Source: Utricularia gibba (lineage: Eukaryota; Plantae; Magnoliophyta). From it: DNA of 64,000 nucleotides. Each line of letters opens with the position of its first letter. The stretch's first letter is position 1. The translations under genes and the position numbers were made by a program. The stretch spans positions 3,596,001 to 3,660,000 of the forward strand of contig CM007990.1 in the NCBI GenBank assembly GCA_002189035.1. The letters are read 5' to 3'. Below the pieces are notes generated by a model. It was not told the DNA's origin. It made no database searches and saw only the letters and a list, made by a program, of their open reading frames with translations. Positions 24,684 through 37,600 of the stretch are shown in pieces.

Positions 24684-25998
24684 TGTTGCGTGTCGTTTCC
24701 TCAACAAATTTTAAATATATAAAACGTAGAACGCAAAAGAGCGTAGTATGAGTATCGATCTTAGGGAGTTGTTTTTCGTGAAAAGTGTTTTGTAAGAAAC
24801 TTTTATAAAATGTCATGGTTTTGTAAAAGGGGGTTTGTGTAATGCTGAAATAAAAGTTACAACCTAAGTGATAGGCCTTGACTAGAGGACATAGTTTCTG
24901 AGAATGAGATTTCATCTCCTTCCTTTGTCCATCCTTGTCTCAGTTTTCATTGATTATTTCCGAATAGCTGGTTATAGGAGTAAGGAATAGCTTACTCTCC
25001 CTTACACTCTAATTGACAAGGAGGCACGGGAATAGCCTCATGTGATTCCCCATTGGACGATTAAGAAGACAAGAGGGTTGCCATCGATTGCCTTCAAAAC
25101 TAAATTGCGTGCGTGTGCCCAACTGTTGCCAATGGCCAGTGGCAGGCACGAGGTCACTACCTGTCCACTGTCGCGGTACCCCAGCCACAAACAATTCGCT
25201 ACTTCCGTCGAATCGGTAGGGTTGGATTTGGTGCTCTTCACCTTGATGTTCACCAAAATACATGAGGAGTGACCTGCTACTCATGGACTTTGACTAGGAG
25301 TCGTTACAGAAAGACTGCAACAAGATGCACGGAAGTATGTGAAATCCGAAATGAATTCAACGAAGAACCGAGTGTATTGCTCAGGATTTGGACGGAAACT
25401 TCATCTACTCCCAGAAACTAAAGTGTTTTAGACACAAAGGGCCATGAAAATAGAAACGAAAATAGAAGTTAAGTGTTCTTCCTCCTTGGAGGGGAGGAAG
25501 AATTCAAAATTTATAAGAACAAAAATAAAGTGCGAAGGAAAAAGTCTCCAAAGCTAGTGTTCCAAGTTGTTTTTATCTCACTCCCCACGTGCATTAAGTC
25601 CTTCTGGTCCCCTTTCCATCATTCATTCTGTCTTGCGTGCGCCACCAGCTTTCCTTTGCATGCAAGTTAGCGTCCAATCATTGTTGCAGACCCTGACATG
25701 CTGTAAGTCAAGAGCCTTGATGAATGTCAGTCTTTCTCCCATAATCGTTCCAAGTCACATGCAAGGCACGAAAAGTCAGAGTCTGACCTATTGCAATACT
25801 CCTGCAATACTCCATGACTGCCTCCTGACATATCTCGGTTAAAGTGCATGAAAAAGACAAGGAAAATATATACAAAATAGGAAAATAGAATTTTTCTAGG
25901 AAAATCAATTACTATGAGTATAATTCCTAATTGAACGACTTAACACTAGATTAATACATAATTCTATCTAATAATAAACTAGAAAATGATACTTAACA
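24684..25998 (-). mobile_element. Athila-type solo LTR (family A) inserted in the Copia element, TSD TCAGG
   Basis: On the minus strand it begins TGTTAAGTATC and ends ACACGCAACA. TCAGG at 24679-24683 and 25999-26003. Homologous to the other family A LTRs. Confidence 0.88.
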
Positions 25999-27092
25999 TC
26001 AGGATCGACAATTAACTCCATAAGCACCATGGCCGATGTGGCTGCAGAAGGACTAGCTTCCAATGTCATAGGATCGATCAATGGAGTGCATGACGATGAT
26101 AACAAATAAACGATAGCAGGTGATGTATGAGATTCACAGGGGCTCGAAGAGTGTACTATTGAAGAAGACATCAAAAATTGAAAATTATGTTCATCAAAGG
26201 AAACATCCCAAGAAATCAACAAATGATGAGTATAAGGATCAAAACACTGATAGTCTTTCTTATAATCATTATAACCTAGAAAGATGCAACTCGAAGCCTT
26301 AGGAGCAAACTTGTTGCGGAATTTCCCAAAAATATGAACATAAGCTCAACAATCGAGAATTCGCAAAAAGGAGTAATCAACTTCAATGCCAAAACGAACA
26401 TCTGAACTTAAGTTCTTCAGCGTAGCAATCGACAGAAAATTAATGATTTATACTATTGTATGAAAAATCTCAATTCATAAATAATTTGGAATTTCAACCT
26501 TGAACATGAAGGAAAGAGCCACCTCAATAATGCGAAGATGTTTTCGCTCTACAACAACATTGAGAGTAGAACGATGTGTACAAGAAGATTGTTGAATAAT
26601 CCCAGATTCAATTAAGAAAGTCTTGAATTCGTTTGAGGTGTATTCACCCTCATCATCATCACACAAAATGCTGATTCAAGACTAAAAGAAATTTTCAACC
26701 TGGGCTCTAAAGTTTCAAAACTCTTGGAAAACTTCTGACTTAGATTTAAAAAAAAAATCCAAGTATAACAGGAGAAATCATCAATGGCTTGATCAGGTAT
26801 GAGTGAATGGAAGGTTTATCTTAGAATGTTTTCCATGTTGATATGGGGTACATGATGCCAAAGAAAAATGAGTGGATAAAAGGTTTATCATAGAATGTTT
26901 TCTTTTGATCTAGTAACTATAAGGAACAAATGTTGTAGTGACCAAGACGATCATGCCGACACATGAGCATTTTTAGTACGATTGCAAAAGGGAATTGCTA
27001 AAACAATATTTTTTGAAGCAACAAAACAAGGACTCAAAAAATTGGAACAAAAAATAGAGGCTGGTCAAATGCAGGTGACCCATCAAGATAGT

Positions 27093-28072
27093 TCTTAAGT
27101 TTTATTTTATAAATAATTATTATGTATTTCTACATATTAATTTAGTACTAAGTTGCTCAAATTAAGTGTATTATTAATAAGTATTTTATTTATTAGAAAA
27201 ATCCTATAATTATTGTTTACATATTATTTTGTATTATTTTTTTTATACTTTCATCAAAAGTGAGAGGAAGCAGTCGTAGAGTGTTGCGTGTGACAAAACA
27301 TTGATATTTCGTGACTTTTACGGGACTTGGATCCATTGTGGGCAGAAGACTCACATCATTCATGCCCATTCATGACTGAACTTACTTAGTTTTCGAGAAT
27401 AGATGAAGTTTCTTTTAATGTTTTGAACATAAATCTCGGTTCATCTTTGAATTTCTTCTAGATTTCGCATATTTCCACGGATCATGTTTTAGTGTTTCTA
27501 TAATGTCTCTTAATCATGATCCATAAGTAGTCAGCCACTCCTTGCGGATTTTGATGAAGAGCAAAGTGAAGAGCACTATCTTCAACTCTATTTGTTCGAG
27601 GGAGATAACGAATTGTATGTGATCGACATATTTCTTCAATGGATGGGTAGTGATGTTGTACCTGCTATTGGTCATTGGCAACAGCTAAGCCCACGCGCAA
27701 AATTCAGTTTTGAGGGCAATCGATGGCAATGCTCTTGTATTCTTAATCATCCAAGAGGGAATCACATGAGACTATTCCCATCCCTCCTTGTAAAAGAGTG
27801 TAAGAGAGAGTAGGTTATTTATTGGTTCAATAACCAGTTATTCGGAGGGAATTAGTAAAAGTCGAGGTAAGAATAGACAAAGGAGGAAATAGAATCTCTT
27901 TCTCATGAGTTACTTCCCTTAGTCAAGGTTCATTACTTACATTGTATTTTTCATTTCTATATTTCAAAGCTCCTTTTACAAACTTGTGGATAGGTGAATG
28001 ACACTCATACTATGTTTATTTGTGTTTTGCATTTTTCATAATTAAAATTTACTGAAAAAATGGCATGCAACA
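27093..28072 (+). mobile_element. Athila-type solo LTR (family A) inserted in the Copia element, TSD ATAGT/ATAAT
   Basis: Ends GCATGCAACA; 4/5 TSD match. Removing it restores the Copia reading KDQLYY-LDG. Confidence 0.85.
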
Positions 28073-29699
28073 ATAATATAACTGATCCTTCCTAGTGCCT
28101 CTAGGGAATGGTGTTTTGGACACTAGATCCTTCAAAAAACAAAGGAAGGGGTGAATACGCATTCTACCTGAAAACGATCCAACAATTTCAAAATAGATAA
28201 CAAGTTGAACATGAACGTTGGGACAAGAAAGACATTAGGAAGGATTAAAGGGCCATAAGATGTATGGATACGGATCGGGCCATAATGTGTGACATGATGA
28301 GAATGATCACCTATAAAAATAAAATAATTGTCATTATATGAGAACAAAGAACAAAATTTACTAGCATTTGATGTGACATGAACCGATGCTCTACTATCTA
28401 AAATCCAGCTATTATTGATAGAATTTGAATTCAATGAAGGCTGGGATTGATGAGAAAGTGTGACACCTTTTAACTTGTGCATCAGTTGTTGCAAATTGGC
28501 CAAATAATGTGCCTGCAACCGATGAAATTGGGACTTCTGATAGCCATTAAACATCAGCTTTGATGCTGTGTAAGCAAACAAATTTCTAGGAAAATTTTGG
28601 TGGTAATATTGATCAACATAGTTCGTTGGATAATCTATGGACTCAATAATCTTGTAACGATCATAACAATTTACTAGTGTGTGGTCTTGGTGACCAAAAA
28701 TGTACCCTAACTATTTAATTATATTCAACATATACTTGGGTAATTACAAATGTACCCTAACTATTTTCAACAAGAGTGTCAAACATAGGCTTTTGATGAA
28801 GTGTAACAATGTAGGTTGTTTTTGATAGTGGAAGATAACAAGAACTTTGGACAAAGGTTCATGGAAATTAAGAAAACTAAATTAATACTCCAATAAATGT
28901 GGGCCTTGGAATGTCAACAAGTGCATAAAAATTTCATGACCAGCTCATTTCAGGATTTGGGGCCTCTGAGATGCCTCCCTTTGAGGAGTTACATCTATCC
29001 TAACCAACAAGCCGTCAAAATATTTAAAAACATCTAAACCAACCAATATATGAACAACAGAAGGAATTGAACATCTTCTTTTGAAAAACAATATTTTAAA
29101 AATCATGTTGATTGAGAAAGAAAAAATATCAAATACTAACAAACAAAAGTTGAAGGAAAACAAAATTTGAATTAACTTAATAAAAAATTGAAAAAAATTA
29201 CCCACATAATGCACAAATCAAAATTTGCACTAGGAGCAAGATCAAAATCTAAGATGATCTCATGTTACTATTCAATCAGGTTTTCATTACGATTATATCA
29301 TCATAACTGAAAGAAATCCTAAAAGATAATTAATAGTTAATGTATAATCTGCTATTAAAACATGTTTTCCATGTTGTGAACTTCTATTAATATAATATAA
29401 AAAAATATTGTTTTACGCTTCTTTTAACTAAACATATGAGCATTTTATAATCTAAAAGATAACTATCAATGCAAAATTGCAAAAGTCCAACTCAAACAAC
29501 AACAACAATAAAATTGTCCAACTCAATCAACAACAAGAGGATCACCACTTGATTGTCATAGGTGCACTACTTTGCTCTATCAGATTCAATCCAAGCTTCG
29601 TACATATTAGCCATCTTATCTCTCCAAGTATTCGGGTTACTTGTACCACTTGTATTATGGATATCTTCAGAATCTTCTTTTGAGATTCTATATTACAAA

Positions 29700-30950
29700 A
29701 CGCATTTGGTACCACATTTTTCCTTCGGAAATATCTCATTTTCTTTTGAATAAAGTTATGAGTCAATGTGTTAGCTATGATAATGTACATTGATGTTTGA
29801 ATAGCAAAAAAACTTGCTTCTTGAAGAATGCATCATTGAACTTTCATCAATCCCCATGCTTGCTCAATGTAGACGAATATCGCATATTGAAATGCTTTAT
29901 TGCATTTTGTGGTGGTTTAGTATCAATACCCTATTCCTTCAAATGGTAATGGATAGATCTATAAAGAGTCAAAAAGCCTTCACAATTTGTATAATCATTC
30001 AAACAAGTATTGGCAACCTGCGCAAAAAAACTATTTTTTGTATATAGGAAATGACACATAATGCAGAATACTATCAGATCAATATCATAACTGAAAGAAC
30101 TTTCAAGGGATTTCACTACTTAGTACGAGTTGATCCTAGCACCTTGCTATCCGAAGCTGATCCATCAATCCATACAACATATATATGAAGTTCAGTTGGT
30201 GATCACACACTCCAAGTAAAATTGTAAATAGTTGGCCCTTTTGATTCCTAAATCGTGGCTTACAATCATTCTTTACAGAAGTAGAAAATGTGGTCCAACA
30301 AGTGCATAAGGGCAATTATATCATAGAAAAAACAGAAGTCAATTATTGTCTTGAAGAATTAATATAATGTACATAAAAATTTATAAATTTAATACCTCAA
30401 AGAATCTAAATCTTGATGTATGATCAACATTGGTTTTCAGTTTTACTTGAATATGCAATTGATCTCATAATAAAAGAATTACTATTAACACGGTGTTGAA
30501 ATGGTTTGACACTATTCATGTTGATATCTTGAAAGCATGCTTTTGTACTCTTGTTTTCCTATCATGTGCAAGAATCCATTGAAAATTGTAACAATTTCTA
30601 GCACTTCAACATTGTGGGTTTCAAATCAGCCTTCTCTTGTAAAAGAGTACTCAACTTCAAGAATACACTCCTCGTAAGTCTTGATAAGCCCCCTCATATA
30701 TTCAATGATACACCATTCTAAAATTATAAAATGAAATCGATGGAAATTTGAGAAAACACAATGTGATCAAAATGGGAAAATAATAGAATATGAAACTCAG
30801 TAATGAACAACAAAGATAAGAGAGACAAATGCACATTTTCATGAACATAAACCAGTCATGATAATGAGATGAGAATTAAATAGGTTTCCATATTTACATA
30901 CCATTAGAGCACTATGGGCTGCAAGAATGGATCCTTATAAAAGTTGTAAT
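29700..30950 (-). pseudogene. PIF/Harbinger DDE transposase relic
   Basis: NVEVLEIVTIF, WIDGSASDSKVL, NDYTNCEGFLTLYRSIHYHLKE*..PPQNA..FNMRYSS, IEQAWGLMK..IL..HNFIQKKM match plant PIF transposase motifs (GWEGSAxDxRVL; GFLxPYRxxRYHL; IERxFGxxKxRWxIL; LHNF). Confidence 0.85.
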
Positions 30951-32414
30951 AATTTCTATAACATTAACACATAAAGTTTCTTATGCAAGATCTATAATTG
31001 GAGTGAATTCAAAACAATATTGACCAATTGTGAATGATGAGCCTTTGGTACCACTTTCTATAAAAATAGTAGTGGGTAGAACTAAGAAAATGCATATATG
31101 AGGTGAAGATAAATCTTAACAACCATCAAAATCAAGATATAGAAGACATGTAAGAAAACATGACATAAAGAGAGAACATGCCAAAAAAAGAACCAAGATT
31201 TCCATGGAACCACAATTACATTTGTAACAAATGTGTGGCCTTCAAGTTCAGGGTAAATTAATTACTTTTTTCATATATAATGTATTGCATATAGCTTTGT
31301 TATATGTATAGCTATTATGTAATAAGTTTCATTAACATCTATTAGATTCCCAACAAATATCTAATTCACAACTTAATGAAAACTTGTAAAAATACAATTT
31401 ATTTTGATTATTATTTGTTCATGACATGTTGAAATGTATAAACATCCTTATATTATCATTTCTAATATTACACAAATAATTCAGCTAATACAAGTAGTAG
31501 GATTGCATGAAATTACAACACTCACAATTAATGGTATATTCTTAACTAATATAAATGATATATTTGATTGTTAATTATGTCTAATACAATTTCATTTAAT
31601 ATTATTTTAGGATAAAGAAAATTAGGAGGTCATAATAGTAGATTACATAAATATTCAATGATAGATTCTCATGATTTTTACTACTCATTACTATAAAAAG
31701 AAAATTTATTATGCAAAAATATACAATTTTGTTATTGCAGAATATTAAATTATATAATTTATCTTTAAATGTAGGAAGATATGTGCTACAATACCTAAAT
31801 TAAAAATGAAATATTATGAATTTTTTGGATAGTATTTATTTTGATAGTTGGATCAATGGATATCAAATAAGAATTTTGTCTTCATGCTAGTTGTGTAAAG
31901 GTGCACACAATTTAATATTATATTTACACACAATACCAACTATTTCATCTTAACTATAAGATTTATGAAGGATGTATTTAGAACACTCATGCCTAGAAAT
32001 CTATTATAGAAAATTTCAATTCTTACTCGTAGTGTAAGTGTTTAATCTAGTGGATAACCTAAGATTTAGCTATAGTGATTCAGTTTTTGTATTGTCAACC
32101 AAAAGAGTGTGACTTGGTGTTTTCTACCTTAATCGTCTTCAAAACTCATAGGAAGTGACTAGTTTACCATGAATCCCATTGCCTACACATGTTCTTCATC
32201 CAGAAAATCTGGATATTTATTAGTAATGTGTCTCATAATGTGGCAGTTACTACACTACATATTCTTAGCTTGGAATACAAATAATTCATTCATAATCTCA
32301 GACATCACATCAACATTTTGCTCACTTTCTGATGTTTTTGGCTTGCAATCCATCTCATAAACCCTCTTGTTTGAAGCTTGCTTCCTAATGATATGCCTAG
32401 AGTGTTTAGCTAAC

Positions 32415-33277
32415 AAATAAACGGAAATTTTAGCATATTGTTGCAAATAAAGCAATCTCCGTATCAAATAAATTTAAAGTCCCTAATCCTCACAAAATAC
32501 AAATTAAATACAAAGTGTACAGTGGAATTCGAGATCAATCATAAGGAGTTTGTACAAAACCCTCTATGGTTCTAACTACTCATATTTGGAAGGTAAAAGG
32601 TAATGGCATTACCATAAAACAGCCAAAATGTTAAAAACATCATACAGAAATTGTTTGCAAAAGCTAAAACATAAACAAACAATAATAAAGCAGTAAGGTT
32701 TATGGATTCCATCTACCATTGTTCATAGATTGGAAAAGTGGCGCTAGACTGGGTTTTGATCTCCTTCCTTCACGTTGGAAGTTCTTCTCCAGAAAAATCA
32801 CCCTCTTTCACCTTCTCCTTCAGTATTCTTCGTGTTCGAGTTGGGGGAGAAACCCCCTCGTGTGTGGTCTGCAAACTACTGGTCGTCCCCTCCCCCCCCT
32901 TTTGCGACTCTCTCTCCTCCTCATCTTTCTCTCGCCTCCCACTTCCCAAGGCAAGTATATTCTCTGAAAAATCTGCTGCTCCTTGCCCTGACTTGCAGAT
33001 TGCCACCGTGATAGTGTACTCATTGCCCCCTACAGTCTGGTGACTTGTACGAAATCCAGATTTCTTCCTTAAATCTCCAAAATCGGGTTGCTGCTAGACT
33101 CCAAAATCGGGTTAGACATGGGGTGGGATAAATCAAAGGATTTAGTCCACTAATACACCAAAAATCATATTTTCCCTAATCAAATAAAGATACTTAAATC
33201 TATAAAATTACCACTTAAACATAATTAAAAATTTATGATTTTTCAAATCCTAAAACATGAAAATTTGTATGCTATCA
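32415..33277 (-). mobile_element. Solo LTR (family C) with internal deletion, inserted in gag
   Basis: Both ends match 50502-51917 (CCGTATCAAATAAATTT..CCCTAAT; AAATCAAAGGATTTAGTCCACT; ..TATCA). Flanks CTAAC/CTTAC (4/5 TSD). gag reads through across it. Confidence 0.78.
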
Positions 33278-33428
33278 CTTACTCTTTAGGCAAACCAAGC
33301 TCTTCTGTGGGTTTCTTTCTTCTCGACAATCCACCAGCTATTAAATCCACCATTGCGCTATTAGTACATAGCCGTCCATCATAAAAATATTTGACCAATG
33401 TATTGACCTGAAATCGATGATTCATGCA

Positions 33429-34647
33429 TGTTAAGTGTCATTTTATACTTCTTTATTATGTAATACTATGTGTTAAATTAGGATTAAGTCACCTAAATTA
33501 GGAGTCATATTGGTAAGTATCTTATTTTATTATAAAAGTCTTATTTTCGTTATTTATACATATTTTATTGTCTTTTTATGTATTTTCAACCAAAAGTGTC
33601 AGGAGGCGGAGTTGGAGTATTGTAGAAGATTTGCAGGAGACTAGACGTTGACATTTCGTGACTTGTACGCGAAATAGACCCATTGTGGGCAGAAGACTGA
33701 CACTAATCAGGGCCCCGAACTTACGACATGTTAAAGTCTACATCAATGATTGAACGCTTACTTGCATGCATGGGAAAACTGATCGTACATGTAAGACATA
33801 AAGGGAGTAGAGAAAGTTAATGCACGTGGGAGTGAATTAAAAGAAATTGGGATCAATTTGGATTGGACCTTTTTTCTCATTTTTGCTTCATCACTTGAAC
33901 TTGTTCTCTCCTCTCCATCAAGGGAGGAAGAACACTTTATTCTTCTGCTTTTCAATTTCTATTTTCATGGTCATTCTTAGCTAAAGCTTTTTAGTTTTTT
34001 GAAATAGATGAAGTTTACTTCCACATCTTGAGCATCAATCTCGGTTCTTTACTAAATTTCTTCCAGATTTTGCATAATCCTATGCGTCATGCTACAGTGT
34101 TTATATAACGTCTCTTAATTATGGTCCATGAGTAATAGGTCACTCCTTGCGGATTTTGATGAAGAGCAAAATGAAGAGCACCATCTACAACCCTATTTGT
34201 ATGAGGGAGATAGCAAATTTTTTGTGATTGGGATACCGCAACTGTAGATGCGTAGTGATCTCGTACTCGTCATTGTTCATTGGCAACAACTAGGCACATG
34301 CGTAGAATTTTATTTTGAGGTCAATCGACGGCAATCCTCTTGTCCTCTCAACCATCCAAAGGAGAATCACATGAGACTGTTCCTGTGCCTTTTTGTCGAT
34401 TAGAGTGTAAGGGAGAATAGACTATTTCTTGCTCTTATAACCAATTATTCGGAAGGAATCAATGCTAAATGAGGCGAGGATAGACAGAAGGAGGAAATAG
34501 AATCTATTTCCCAAAAACTACTTCTCTTAGTCAATGTTCATTACGTGCGCTGTATCTTTCTTTTTTATATTTCAAAAACCTCTTTTACAAATCCATGACA
34601 ATTTGTAAAAGTTTAGTACAAAACACTTTTTGCAAAACTCAACTCCC
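33429..34647 (+). mobile_element. Family A LTR, 3'-truncated, inserted in gag
   Basis: Starts TGTTAAGTGTC; colinear with 27093-28072 and 42915-43710; stops at AACTCCC, abutting gag. Confidence 0.85.
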
Positions 34648-36959
34648 TGAGATAGGATCTTCATTTGATTGTTCAATATCACTGATCTCCTTCCTTATCA
34701 GTTGAACCTTCGAATATAGAAAATATTTGTTCAAAAATACCTTCATGCTAGACAAGTCTGTAATGCCCTCAAGCCTTCGATAATTGAACCATGCCTTTGT
34801 GCTCCCTTCAAATGTAAATTGAAATACTCTCAATCTCAATTAAATAGTATCCTCAATCATTGTAGCACTCTTGAAGGACATGCAAACTGCCGTGACATTG
34901 TCCAAATGTTCATGTGATTTCTCTTCAATTTTGTCATAATATTTCAGTAGAAATTTAATCATCGTTGTCTTCTATTCATTGATTGTATTATAAAAAAAAT
35001 CTGATGCATAGTCCTTTGCATAAATTGTCTACTACCTTTAACACATTTAGTGTTTTCTCCAATTCTACCTTAATAAGATGAATTTGGTTAGTGGCAAGGA
35101 GTCTTCTCAACTTAGCCACTTCCCTAACTCTCTAGTGATTCCTCATAGCAGCTCTCTTGATTTCAAGATTAAAATCCAAATAGCTTACACAAGAGGAATG
35201 CAGATGTATCAATCAAAACACATAACAATTAAACACAGCTACCTGGCGATGAAAAACTTTGCATATGTCATAAATATGCAATTCCACGTATCCAATAAAT
35301 TCATAAGCCTAATTTACACTCAATCATAAAAGAAATGCGAGCATAGTGGATTAGAATCGAACACAATGAGTTTATATTTGTTGTGTGAAGATTGATTCAT
35401 TCTGTTTTGGCATGGTGAAAGATTTAGTCTAAGCTGAGACTAATGAAGTTCTTCAATAAAATTTAGTAGACAAAACTAATAAACTAGTAAGCTAGATTGC
35501 TGTCTAGAAAGAAACGAGTTGATGCCTTAGGACTCACATAAGTGGAAGTTTGTTTATATACAAACTTCTATAATTACTATTGTGAAATTCTTAAAAAAAT
35601 CATTAAAAAAGTTAGAAGTGTTTCACCAATGCTCCAATCAGAATTTGGGAAGTGTCGCTCTAAAACCAATGTTCGCACACATCTAGATATATCAAGTAAG
35701 ATGCATACATGGAAAAAGATTATTATCTTCTTGTGAATTATTTACCAAGGTTGGACAACGATTTCGAAGAGGTAACCAACATCGTAGATGTCAACGAGGA
35801 AGTCTAGAAGGAGATTGAACAAGTACACATCTATAATCTTTGAAGTTTGGTATACTCGCGGACAGATTATGTATTTATTTCAGCATGTATTGAGGCTGTA
35901 CATATTGATATACAAATTGTGGCCTCATTATGTGTATTAAAGGGAAATCTCTGGAAATGATTAAGCTATCAAAAATAACTACATTAGCTTTATAGTTGCG
36001 ACCACAAAAAGAAAATTTGTAGAAGAGGTTAGAGAGTATGTGGATGCATCTTTGGTTCATTCAGAATACCCCAACGATCCAAATATCATGGTTTAGGGTA
36101 TGAACTTCTCATGTGCAGATACATGTAATGACTCATTAGTGCTGGCGTGGAGGGTTTCCATTTTACTTTAGAGATCGAACTTCAAGTCATATAACAACAT
36201 CGACTCTTCGAGGCATTCTAGGAGAAACGGATGGGTGTGCAAGGGGTTTATATTGTTCCATGAAATGGAGGAATTGAATGTGCGAAAGTGTGTGGAGCGG
36301 AATAGTCTCGGGTTAATAATGCTGCAACAAGGTTGAGACTTGGCAAAGTAGTGTTTGGCTTTAGAAATGATTTAATTCCAAACCTGTGAGGTTAAATTGC
36401 TTTCTTACATTAAGTGATTGCAAGAGAGAACTATTGCTCATAGTCTCTCCTTTGATTCTAATCATTGAAGCATCTGTGCTTTATTTTTGTGTTGGTAGAC
36501 TTTGACATGGATTGTATGTCTTTCTTTTGAAATGTATAGGCACCAGTTAACTTTTGACTGGGTGATACATTGTGCATCACACTGCAAATACTATAAATAT
36601 AATATTATGTTAAGCTCTCACACTGTATTTGAATATACTTGGTGCTTTGCAAATATGATGTTTCATCACATAAAATATTAATGGGGGTGTTTCAAGAGTT
36701 CATGACAAGCTTTGAAGCACTACTTATCCATGAATGCGTCGTTATGCATTATTGAAGAACTCTAGAAATATTGAAAAAGAAGCACCACAAATGTCTTATG
36801 CACAATACTACAAAAATGCTATAAACACAACGTTTTTCAATCTCTTGCACTATATTCGAATATACATTATGCTTTTGCAGACAAATGTTTGATGCATGAA
36901 ATAGTTGGAATAAGATGTTTCAAACATTATCTAAGGGACAGATCAAGACAAAAGTTATC

Positions 36960-37600
36960 AAACAATTATCTTATAGTAGTTGTAGAGCGGATGCTCCTTG
37001 ATGATCAGATGTTGTTCCACTCGATTTCGATCGACGAATTTGGGAACCTACATCTCATCAACAATACTTCTTGGAAGGTCTTGATATCTCTCTGAAAGCA
37101 ATGTGTAATCATTATTTTTGTTATCATGAACAGGTAGACAAGTGTCATATGTCTTGGAGTCATCCCATTGGAACAGAAGTTGGACACTACATTGGAGTTT
37201 TATTAATCACTAGATAGTATCTTGCAATTAGTCAATGTGTTTTCCAACTAAGAACAATAGCATCGTATATTGTCAACTTGTTGCTCAAACAAAATAATCT
37301 TACTAGCCAATAGAAAACCAAATTATGACGTCATAATGCTCCATACAAAAGTGTATTCGTTCTCTTATCCTCAGTCGGAGATACACTATAATAGGTAAAT
37401 AATTAACACATAATAAGCACATTTGACATTGTATACTTATCAACTACTTTAATATATTGACTAAGATTGACTAAAATCTGGTACCATTTTGCTCGTAGAT
37501 GATGGCATCTGTTATGGGAGCTCCCCACTTCACATCTTGAGCGTAAATAATGTCCATCAATATATCGTTCACATCGAATATTAATAACTTTCTTGGAGGG
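36960..37600 (-). pseudogene. FCP1/NIF-like (HAD-superfamily) phosphatase pseudogene, copy 1
   Basis: RKLLIFDVNDILMDI (family KKLLVLDLNGLL), then after an intron YLRLRIRERIHFCMEHYDVIIWFS (family FKRPxxxEFLxFCFExFxVxIWSS), LLFQWDDSKTYDT, and C-terminal IKEHPLYNYY. Multiple stops. Confidence 0.72.

Larger units (their letters stand above)
22796..28772 (-). mobile_element. Ty1/Copia retrotransposon, decayed, with 5-bp TSD AGAGT
   Basis: TG...CA ends; AGAGT at 22791-22795 and 28773-28777. The LTR terminus TGTTGAAAATAGTTAGGGTACATTTGTAATTAC occurs at 28772 and 22946, with a PPT (GAGGGAAAG) before the 3' LTR. Protease (WILDSRASVHV), LYYLD..HxRLGH, integrase (EGEYTSNEF..VVERKH), RT (YFLGRKI) and RNaseH (KQRTIARSS) remnants lie in Copia order. 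The 5' LTR and gag are largely deleted. Confidence 0.9.
32160..35540 (-). mobile_element. Athila-type element remnant (LTR end, degenerate PBS, gag) interrupted by two LTR insertions
   Basis: gag pieces in order: LRVFQFTFEGSTKAWF..KVQLIRKEISDIEQ (34839-34640), HRFQVNTLVKYFYDG..MVDLIAGG..KPTEE (33428-33280), LAKHSRH..VYEMD and a decayed zinc knuckle CSNCHIMRHITNKYP (32414-32160). A family C-like LTR end lies at ~35260-35540. Confidence 0.75.

Noticed and set aside
25009-25284. Recurrent ORFs in family A LTRs (also 27592-27813, 43114-43838)
   Set aside because: They lie within LTRs, and frames and stops differ between copies; the similarity reflects DNA homology, not a conserved protein.
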